Shown here in pieces: positions 53,471 through 64,000 of a stretch of 64,000 bases of DNA. Position 1 is the stretch's first letter; every line of letters starts with the position of its first letter. Origin of the DNA: Phoronis australis (Eukaryota; Animalia; Phoronida); NCBI GenBank assembly GCA_002633005.1, contig NMRA01000389.1, positions 124,001-188,000 on the forward strand, given 5' to 3'. The notes beneath the pieces are model-generated. The model saw nothing but the letters and a program-made list of their open reading frames with translations. It was not told the origin of the DNA and made no database searches. The position numbers and the translations under genes were made by a program.

Positions 53471-56400
53471 ATGGATTTTATGTTCGATTGGGAAGTTGAA
53501 GGAGATAGGTTTTCGTTCGAAGATAGCGACAGGTTTGAAGAAGATTCTTTATGCTCGTGGATAAGTGAACCCGAAAGCCTTTGTAATAATTGGAGGGGCT
53601 GGAGAAAACAAAATGGTGGAAACTCTCAATCGAGCTGGTCGGGAAAGAACAAAGGTGCGAGATCAATTAGTATTGGACAATTAATAACATAAAAGATAAT
53701 AGGTCTGTTTTGCTGATTACCTTAATCCTGGAGCGAAAAAAGGTTGTGTAAAGACACATTTTCACCAGTCTAAGTGACATTTTTTTTCTGATCAGCTGAT
53801 AGTTTATTTTGATTTATGACAAATAAATAAACATATATCTTTCAATTTGTATATGCTTATATCATGTAATATGCATTCATTTTGGTCAGTCTGTAGTGTA
53901 AAGGATATAAACGGTAGTTTTGCATTCAGTGTTAACTGTGTAAAATGACCACTTTGATTTTGTTATTCACAGGAACTGTGTCTTTTCTAAAACGTACTCC
54001 TGCCCTGGTGTGCACTGAAGTTCCTTCCGCATTCGTTCACTCCAGTGGAACTGAAATGGTGACAAAAAAGCAGATAGCAATTTCCAATCTCAGAAGGGTT
54101 ATTGTAGTAATAGCTGAGATTTAGTGACCAGGGAATCGAACCAGCAGCCCTGATAAAACCGGCAGGCTTGCTTTAACCATTCAGCTAATCTGCAATTAGC
54201 TAGCTAGAGGCTCATACGATTCACCAGAAGCACATCTACAACATTACCCTTTTTCCTACAGAACAAGTGCGCCACATGGAAGGTGAACACCAGATTGTTT
54301 TGCATACAGGTCATGAACTTCCCTTGGTACCTTGACCACCACCACACTTCTGTCAACGTGTTGTGAATGGTCGTGGAAGTTTCTTTTGCACACATATAAT
54401 GTGTGATAAAAGGAGACCAGCCTTGTGTGGTTATTTGGTTATAATTAATCTCTTTTGTTTATGTTGTAGGTGTAACCAGACTTCTAGAGCTCGCTGCTCA
54501 AGCAGTTGCGTCACACATACCTTTTGAAGTTGTTGAACATTTCTACCCGCCAGTACCAGAACAACTTCAGTTGCGAATTGCATTCTGGAGCTTCCCCGAA
54601 AATGAAGAAGATATCAGGTAATGAAAGTAAACGACTTTGTCGCTGACGATGTGAAACATGCTCACCTGATATTGCATGTGTACAGTACACTCTGTTTCAT
54701 CCGTATCACACATCAGTAGGTATGCTTTTCTATGCGCCAGAGAACTTAGAAATCTGCAACTATCCACTGCCAATTTCACAGGATCATATCAACAATTGTG
54801 CTGAATTACCAGATGGCGCTACTTGTTAGTTTTGGTGCAGGCTGATGCCTAAGACAATTTGCAACATCACTGAATAAGTCATGCTTGTGTTGTGGCAAGA
54901 ACGAGTGTCCAGTTAGTTTCTCTTCAAACTGGTCGTTGTGTTGGGCAGGTTTTGTATGGGCAGTTTTCATTTACTACAGTTGTTGGTTTTATAGGGCTAT
55001 TACCTCTAGGTGTAAGAGGGAAAGGTTTGTTGAAACAGCTTTCATTTTGCACCTGTACGTTTTGACTTCTGTCCTTGCAGTATCTAGTTTCTAACTTTGT
55101 CCTGTTTCAGGCTTTACTCGTGCTTGGCGAATGGATCTGCAGATGAATTTCAAAAGGGAGAACATCTATACAAAGCAAAAGCCATTAAAGATCCTCTTCA
55201 AATTGGTGAGTGCAATACTGGTAACTCATTGGTAATAAATCAGGGCACTCGGTGCTCCATTTTTGAGGCCGAGAATCAGCCCCATTCTCCTACAAACATA
55301 TATAAAAGTCAAGTGAATTTCCCACCCGGTTCGCAAATTGCCTTCCTATGATTAAAAACTCAATGACTGAAGAATTGAACCAGCCAATATCAACAATCGG
55401 AGTACAGTAAACAGTGGGTTGGAATGGTCAAGTTGTAGTTTCCATTACTGACTTAAGAGAGAGTAAGGGAGGAATATTGTATTTGTTTTAAGGTTCCGCC
55501 AGAGTGATTGTGTGTGTTTGTTACAGGGTTCCATCTCAGTGCGACTGTAATCCCTCCACAGTCACTAGCTCAGGTCAAAGGTAACTTCAGTGTGGCTGTA
55601 GTGTTCGACCGCAGGAGAATAACATCATGTACCTGCACGTGCAACCCTCAGGCCTCCTGGTGTGCGCATGTTGTGGCACTCTGTCTATTTCGCATTCTAC
55701 AGGTATTTCTATAATGTTAATTTAGGACCTGATCAACAAGTCTGTGTATTTGGCTAAATATATACACAACTATAGATTTTTAGTCAGTAAAAGTTGATAT
55801 GTGTTTTGACTTTTTTATCATTTGGTCATTAAGTGGGTCACATGACCTCTCTTTTCAGTAAAAGTTAACAAAAAAGGAAGGTACATGGATGGCAAAACCA
55901 CGGTATTGACAACATGACCAAATTTTGTCATTTTATTTCCACTTGAGAATGAAATAAGTATGTTTCGAAATATTGTGTACATTTTAATCATGTTTCTTGG
56001 TAAACTACTTCATCAATGTACCGCTGAGTGTAGAATTTTATTCCGAACATATGAACGAAATGGAATATGGTAAAGACTGTCAATAACGAAAAATGTCGGG
56101 TGTTTAATCTGTTCTGAATAAATCAGATTACCCATCTCTTGAGACACGATTTTCCAAACTTGGCCAAATTTGAAATTTTTCTAGATTCCTTCATAGCCTT
56201 AACATACTTTGATCAATGCTTTTACTTGCTGTGACATTCCATTTGATCAATGCTTTACTTGCTGTCACATTCCATTTTCTCTAGAATGCATTTTTTACAC
56301 TTTTCGAAGCTGTATTTAGAAGCAGTGCATACAGTACCTAAACTGTCAGAGCACAAAAATTTAAATAGTCACTGAGCATAAATTGTTGTTTTGTTTTGAA

Positions 56401-59400
56401 AAGGGGAGTGATCTCATGTCACGGTTCATGCACGGTGCTATTTTTTTTTCGAATTTCATGGATCATAGCTTAGTGATAAAAAACTTATTCATGTTGAGCT
56501 TGAAGTCATGGTTCACAGACGTCCAAAACATTTCCATGTCTACACACTGCAAAAGAGCTATTTCACGGGTCACCCCCTTTGTGTTGTTAGTTTTCTAAAG
56601 TTCAAAAATGAATGTGAGTAAATAAGTCTAGTCTTAATATTTCTGAAACATTTTAGCTGTTTTGAAAGGGGAGTGACCTCATGTCATGGTTCATGCACGG
56701 TGCTATTTTTTAGAATTTCATGGATCATAGCCTAATGATAAAAAACTTATTCGTGTAGAGCTTGAAGTCACGGTTCACAGACCTCCAAAACATTCCCATG
56801 TCTACGCACTGCAAAAGTGCTATTTCACAGGTCACCCCCTTTGTGTTGTTAGTTTTCTAAAGTTCAAAAATGAAGGTGAGTAAACAAGTCTATTCTTAGT
56901 ATTCTGAAACATTTTAGTTGACATCTGTACAAAATACATGATAACGAACTTGTCGTATTCTGTTTTTAGCATAGCTCTGTTTGCCTGAGGGCCCCAGTGT
57001 CTGAATCATTGTCAAGGTTACACAGAGATCAATTGCAGAAGTTTGCTCAGTACCTCATCAGTGAATTACCTCAACAGGTGACTTGACAAGCTCTGTTGGA
57101 TCATCAGGGCTTGGGATTTTCCTCTCTGAAGAGAATTTCCTCTTTCTTGGTTTTGATTTCCTCTTACTTGATTTCCAGTTTCCACTTTTTTGTCTATTTT
57201 TATCGTAATTCTGACTTTATTTATGCAAAAACTTATTTCAGTGAAATTTCACAGCAAAAAATATTTCTATTACACAAGCCTATTTACTTGTGTAACGGAT
57301 ACACCACCTGGAAAATTTTCCTCTTTTTTTGTCATAGGTCATTCCAAGCCCTGGATCATATTTGAATGATGAAGTTTTTGTGGTACATTATGTAGCCAGT
57401 TAGAATTTCCAATGAGAATTTTTTTTCAATTGGTTTTAATATGAATATCTCACAGACAGCAACGGAAACCATTTTTGCTGTGAACTAACATCTGTCAGAT
57501 GAAATTTTCCATTGTGGATTCATGCTGTTGACTAGCTATTATGGGAAACCACAATGAGAATTCTCCACATTTTATTGTTATTTATTTTATTAGTAAATTA
57601 ATTGCTATAAACTACATTTTACTGCAGTAATTTATTAAAGAAATAAACAGTCCGTCTCTTTTTGCCCAAATCTTAATTGAACATTGCCATTTTGCCAACT
57701 CTTCGTCTTAGGAGTTAAGAATGTTTCAATTTCTTGATTACATGGATATTTTAGGCCGGTGGTATTTGAACATGATCTTCTTGGATCAGGTGGAAGTTTT
57801 CTGTCAGATCGTTAAACGAGGAAACAATTTTGCCTTGCACCTTAATTGTCACATTGTGTAGTGTGGAAGCTAGGTTGAACAGAGGCATGTCACACTAAGG
57901 CGACATGCTCTGGAGTAACTCGTAGTGTGCACACGACTTGTTGGTGCTGCAGCATCAGTTTGCATTTTTTGGTGCAGTGGTAGTTGTTATTTTCACTTCA
58001 GTATACATAGTTTACGACACAAACTCTCCTTTGCATGAGGACAGTCACAAGTAAGATGAAGTCATGCTATGGCTTTTACAACTGTACATTTCCTAAAAAA
58101 GTAAGCGACTCTGAAGTGCTAAATTTATTTAATTTCCATAAGTAGTATAGTCCAGATTGATCTGTAATCACAGATTGTTCTTCTTTTCAGATTCTTCCTA
58201 CTGCTCAACGATTGTTGGATGAGCTTCTTTCATCTCAACAATCAGAAATCAACCAGCAAGGCGGAGCCCCTGGTATGTTTTTTCATCAACGCTCGCCCAT
58301 TCTGTCCTTTCCAATTCATATTTCATTAACTAGCAATCCATTGCATCTTCCAATCATACAGTCTTGAGTTGATGGCACAATGGTTTTTTCGAAACTAAGC
58401 TTTGGGCAGACAACTATGCCCGAGTCCTTTAAATGGTATGACTGAAATAAAGGGATCGTTCACAATTATTGTCATTCTCTCGAGTATGCAAAATGTACTA
58501 GTGTTTTTGCTTTTCAACTGTTGTTAAAGTGTCAGAATGTTCCTGTTGAAGAATCTCAGCAATCTAAAACTTGTTATTTATTGTGTTCTTAATGATGTGA
58601 ATTAACAGAAAGGTTATCACTTGAATTTGGTCTTGCGTCACCTTTTTGCGAAGTGCAAAGTATGCCAGCAGCAAGAGTGACCCTTTCCTTCCTTAAACGG
58701 GGAAAATAACAATAATTGTGAAGGATCTTTGAAGCAACTATCTCGAAACGTACAATAAGAAATAAACTCATCATGTCGCAGACCTGTTCAGCGGTTTAAA
58801 GACAAATGGGGGTGAACGAATGTCACTAATGTTTGACTGATGGTAAGGATTTGATTTGCTGTCTCACATTGGAAATTATTTTATACAATGAGAAATAGTC
58901 ATTGTATCACAGACCTGTTCAGCGGTTTGAGATGAACGAATGTCAGTAATGGTTGACTGATGGTAAGGTATTGATGTGCTCTCTTACATTGAAACTTTTT
59001 TATACAATGAGAATTAAAATCATTGTAACACAGACCCGTTCAGCAGTTTGAAGGCAAATGGGATGAACGAATGTCAGTAATGGTTGACTTATGGTAAGGA
59101 TTTGATGTGCTGTCTTACACTGAAACTTTTTTATACAATGAGAAATAAAGTCATCGTATCACAGACCTGTTCAGCGGTTTGAAGGCGAGTGGGATGAACG
59201 AATGTCAGTAGTTCACTGATGGTAAGGATTTGATGTGCTGTCTCCGTGTCTTCTTATTCAAGTCATTCTCCAGATATGCGCTGTCATCCAAAATGTGACT
59301 GGCACACCTGTATGGTCGGTTCACTGATGCCATCATCTTCTACTTTTAGAGACTGATGTAATGTCCTTTATCTCTTTGATGCATGCTACTAACAGATGCA

Positions 59401-62400
59401 CAATAACGTGTGAAAGGGAAATCATTGTATTGCAAATCCACCGTTGTCCTAATTGGTGTAAATTAGTTAGTTAACTCCATTGGACAACACCGTCAAGGGT
59501 GGAATGATTATTGGCCTCTGACAGTGGATTCGACTCAGCACACAAACAGAAAATGTTGGTGTCATCGGCATGGTTTAATATCAATACTCTTGTGGGGCAT
59601 ATCATTATTGTTATTACTTTTGAATTTGCTTTAACAAATACAGACTGTTCTGTTTTCTGGCAAAAAATTGCAACTCCATCATTCAGATGTTCACAGACTA
59701 TGTACTAGAATTGTTTTGCTGAGCTTAATTCTGTGAATTCCTATATTGTGACTTTACTTAATATCTTTTCTGTCTACTTTGCTTGTCTAAGTCCTCTCTG
59801 ACCGCAGATCAAAAAGTCCTGAGTGCAAACCCTGCAGACAGTAGATGCCGTTAATACTGCACGCTCCCATCACCTAGATAGACGTGGGCACTGCTAAAAC
59901 TTTCCCAAAACCCTCCTGGTGGATCCACCATGCATAACATACTCTCATCTCTGTGGAATATGGCTGCTACTGTTACTAACTCATATTACAGAGTAATTTT
60001 CAGGTTCATCCAGACATGTCCTTTCAGGTGAAATGCTGCTTGTGTGATGTCATAACTTGCAACTATTTTTGTTTTTGGTTCCAACCAACAAATGTTGCAA
60101 TGAAGGCAAGCGTTATTATTTAGCTAAATCTATGTTATACAACATACATAGTATACTTACTGTGCATATCATAAATTGAGATATAATTACACACTATCAT
60201 CATGTATGTTGTATAACATATTTAACATATATACTCAACAAAACTTTTAAGATGCGCATTTACCAAATCTGCTGCTTATTAGTTGAGGGTCAGCAATGCA
60301 GGGGGTTTCACAGAACTCAACTATGGGTCAGATTTTGTCCTTTACATTACAACTGTGATGGAATTGTAACTCTTTCTTCTGGAAAAGTAATGTGTACATG
60401 AACAAGAATAAACATTTAAATAACAGACAACCACAGGCTTAGCAGATGACTTGAAAATACACTAGCATTAGACTTGATGACATGCAATTTTTTTTGTAAA
60501 CTTGCTTCAAGAATTTGGAATTGTTGCTTGCCTGAAGCAGATGACAGTAACTGCGGGTGTTGCGTTTGTCTGAAATCTCTTGTGTAAAATTCAACTACAT
60601 TAATAAAACAAATTTGAAGGTTTTCATTTCAAGGTATTTCTTTTGCTTGAAAGTATAAAATCTATTTGTTTTTCTGTGATTGCATAGAAATGTTATTTAC
60701 CATAATATTGAGTTACTTGTTGGCCAATTGAGGATGTTGAAGATACTTTGAAAGCCATGTATTTTGCATACTTTCAATGTCATTTGCAGAAAGTTTCATA
60801 GGAAAAATATCTTTGCAACTATTGGTGTACTATTTGGCTTCTTCTTGGGTATTACTATTGTTCAGTATTTCTTCAGTATATGCCCGCATACATATATGTG
60901 GGCATGTTAGACCGTCATCCCCTTCCATTTGTGTGACACTGGCATCCGCTGCTGTGTAGTTCTTTGCATTTGTCTTATCTATCACGTTTCTTGCTGGATG
61001 TTCATGAAATTTGTCCAATAAGTTAATATGAGGAAGGCGGTCCTGTTTCAGACGGACTTTACTTATGTTGTGCCCCCAAGTGGCCTATTGTTTTTGTGTC
61101 TGCTCTTTGTCACCCGCCTCCCGTTCAAAAATCATGGTGAAAGGTGACAGGTGTATTCCTATTAAGGAGAGCATTGCTGACTTCCTTTGCACTCCATAGA
61201 AGCCACTTAAAGTTTACTGGTATTACTCCATTTAGTGGAAATGTTTGAAAATAACGGTCATCTCTTGTATCTACGTTGTACGCGATGCACACGCTAGGCG
61301 CGCATCAACGCTCTGCTGTGCTCTTGTATATTTTATGACAAATAACACCAGTGTAGAGATGGAAATAATACCTTCAGGTTCGCATTTGTAGTGAAGTAAC
61401 CTTTTTTATTCTTTGTCATATTGTCCAAATTTCAATGAGGAATATCAGCAGTTATTTCAAATGTGAAATACGTACAAGTAAGTCTTACGCATACACTGTT
61501 GGATAACACATTTATTGCATGGACTTATCATCATGTATGTATGATAGATATTCCATACAGCAGATGGACAGCCTATGGACCCTTGTGTATATCTGTCTTA
61601 GAAACTAACCCTGTGGCACATTCCACAGCCCTTGTGGCTTGGAGTGCCCCCAGGGCAATTAGCATGGTTCTAAACTTGTCATCTGTGATTTTAGATCCCA
61701 CTGCGGGTGCTTCCGCCCACGAACACACCACCTGGTGTCTAGATGAGCAAGCATTACATGACAACATCAAGAAAACATTGGTCAAGTTCTGTGTCCCTGC
61801 TCCTATTGTGTTCAGGTTTGTTTATTCTCAGCTGACTCGTTTAAGTAAAGTAATGTAAAACCTTAATGACTAGTCCGTACATTCAGATATCTAAAAAAAA
61901 CTAGAATTCAACTGAAGAAAAGTATATATTTTTCGAAAGCAGAAAACCTATAGAATTTGATTAGTGACTGGGTCATGAGACCAAGGTTTTTTTGTTAAAA
62001 TTTAGCAGAAAAGAAAGGTACAATCATAGTAAATCAAGTTTATCAATAACATGACCAAATTTCATTTTATGTAAATGTTCAAGAAGAATTATAAGAAGTC
62101 CTATTTTTGATAGCCTCTCTGGTTAAAATGAATTAATTTTAATGCAATATTCGTAACATTATTTTGAAGAACAGTGCATAAAACATAGTTACTTAAAAAT
62201 TCATGTGTATCCGATCAGACATTTCTGAAATAGGATGTTTCGAAGTTAGCCAAATTCGGACAGTTTTCTGGAGTCCTGCATAACCTTAAATAGCGAGATG
62301 CATCTAGTAAGGTGAACAGCCTAGTTGTACTTTATTTTGATTCTGAAGGTCGTGAACGAAACTTGAGACATTTTACATAAACTGTCTGTTTTTATGTATT

Positions 62401-64000
62401 TCTTCATACACTTTTAGTCGATAATTGCTCATAACCTTTTGCCCCCTTTTCATTACATGACTTATGAACGTCATTAAGTAATACTGATTGTGTTTTACAA
62501 CAAATTACCAGAAATTGTATGTTCAATGCAAATTTCAGTGATGTGAACTATCTGACATCTACGGCTCCACCAGCGGCTGCTGAGTGGCAGAACTTGCTGC
62601 GACCCCTGCGCGGTCGTGAACCCGAGGGAATGTGGAACTTGCTGTCAATTGTGAGGGAAATGTTCAAGCGTAGTGACAGTAATGCCATTCCTCTTTTGGA
62701 GATTCTCACAGATGAAGTGATGGCTTGTGACACTGTCAATGTGAGTCACCTGAACACCTGTTTGTGTGAGCTCTGTCACATTAAACTTGTTCTCAGAACA
62801 TTCGAGCGTATCCTAAATCTTGAGGGCTGGGGGGGAGGGCAGAACCTGACTATTTGGCCAAAAACACCGGGCATGCAGTGCTAGCCTTGGGGTCCTTACT
62901 TGGGGTGTAACAAAAGTTTCTAACGGTTATTTGGTTCCCACTCAGTTTTAAAGTTTCGTGTCAAATTTTCAAGAATGTGCTGAAAACTACCTTGGTGTGA
63001 CCAGGTGCTGACGATGGTCTTGATATGTAGGATGCTCATAGATGTGTGATGCGTGCCCCATACTTTGGCGTCTTCACTTTGACTCTGTTTTAGTTAAGCT
63101 CAACATGTTTAAATGGGTGTATTCGCTGTTGACTGTCATTGCCTGTGTGTCATGGACAATAGGTTTCTAAAATCGCAAGCTAAAGTATCCCAATATATTC
63201 TAGGTGTGCATTGAGTTGTATTTCAATCTAGCTACTTGGTATATAGATGTTTTAGTCTCATAATTGACCCTGTACTAGTTAGCCACAGTTACTGAGGTGT
63301 CACTGTTTTGGCAGTTTTTATTAGGCCACCCTTAAAATATCATTTTTAAAGTGTTTTCTTTTTTCCAGTTATTGGTGTGGTGGTTCCAGACAAAGATCTC
63401 AGCGTCGCATAACAGCGTTACTTGCTACAGTAGGAACAACAATGCGTCCAATCAGCACGCTGCAGCCAGTCTTTGCGATGAGATTGTCACGTTGTGGAGG
63501 CTGGCAGCACTCAACCCTGCCCTGTCTCCTATAGAGCGAGAGGATTTAGAGGCAAAACTGAGAGACTGGCACATAAAGACTGTAGATAAGGTACGCAAGG
63601 CACGTGGTAATACCGCCGGTAGTGCAGCCAATCCTATGAAGAAGAGCGATATCGAACTGTTCTCTGGTTTTAAATCTGCCATTGAAACATGTCAATTGGA
63701 TTGGACTGATTATCCTATTCCTGGCGTCACATTTATGGAAACGAAACCTAGTCATAAGCCCATAATTACGCCCAGAGGAAAGTTCAACAACTCGACGAAT
63801 AAGGGACTTGGACTTTTGAAAAAGTGTTCTGACAAAGTAAATGCTTGGTCAGAGGCATGTGATGCATCCAACAGGTACCAAAAGATGAAAGTCACCGATG
63901 GTAACCTGAGTTCGGGTTCAGAAGGTTTTTGTGAGAATGAGCGTGACCTCGCGCAGCAAGACTCTGACTCAAGTGTTGCTGACGATAGTTTCAGTACTGT
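53471..64000 (+). CDS. ZSWIM8: Zinc finger SWIM domain-containing protein 8 (cullin-RING substrate receptor; Dora/EBAX-1 ortholog), 3'-truncated by the window end
   Basis: Exons 53471-53654, 54470-54617, 55111-55205, 55527-55702, 56970-57077, 58191-58272, 61695-61815, 62539-62740, 63369->64000. Diagnostic N-terminus RFSFEDSDRFEEDSLCS; BC/cullin-box region LLELAAQAVASHIPFEVVE...PVPEQLQLRIAFWSFP; SWIM motif CTC..WCAH; LRPLRGREPEGMWNLLSIVREMFKR. Confidence 0.97.
54103..54240 (-). mobile_element. Dispersed element containing a tRNA-like pol III promoter, copy 2
   Basis: tgtagtaatagc.gagatt...atcgaaccagca...ataaaaccggca...gattcacc.gaagca.atctaca shared with 21506-21628. Confidence 0.65.
56392..56917. 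repeat. Tandem duplication of ~265 bp (2 copies)
   Basis: tgttttgaaa(a)ggggagtga...ctgaaacattttag at 56392-56657 and 56658-56917, highly similar. Confidence 0.92.
57105..57353 (+). mobile_element. Non-autonomous hAT-like MITE with 6-bp TSD
   Basis: gatcat|CAGGGCTTGG ... CCAAGCCCTG|gatcat. Confidence 0.8.
58768..59243. repeat. ~125-bp tandem repeat, ~3.7 copies
   Basis: cagacctgttcagcggttt...tgaacgaatgtca...atggtaaggatttgat recurs at about 58768, 58899, 59020 and 59151. Confidence 0.9.
60877..61327 (+). mobile_element. Helentron/HINE-like non-autonomous element
   Basis: 5' hairpin tatgcccgcata..tatgtgggcat, catccgctgctg core, 3' end gatgcacacg...gctcttgt; homologous to 38430-39670. Confidence 0.65.

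Overview
AT-rich, intron-rich eukaryotic DNA from an invertebrate animal (probably lophotrochozoan; the taxon is an inference). I reconstructed five protein-coding genes by hand from GT-AG splice sites with phase-consistent exons. (1) A 5'-truncated cholinesterase-like type I membrane protein (+, 881-8025). (2) Its complete tail-to-tail paralog (-, 11701-22098, 655 aa); both have an acidic residue in place of the catalytic Ser (GEDAG, GYEAG). (3) PSD/EFA6 (+, 30436-41021, 1039 aa), with a microtubule-elimination-like motif and six SxIP-type motifs. (4) RPS14 (-, 48250-52716, plus a non-coding TOP exon). (5) ZSWIM8 (+, 53471 to window end), head-to-head with RPS14. Introns carry MITEs, tRNA-derived elements, Helentron/HINE-like elements with CTCF-like motifs, and minisatellites. 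The most interesting unexplained signal is a candidate structured H/ACA-type RNA in RPS14 intron 3, with twin UGAGAUCAUAC loops and a related sequence in intron 4. No prokaryotic systems or CRISPR arrays are present. All calls are by eye; no database searches or folding programs were run.
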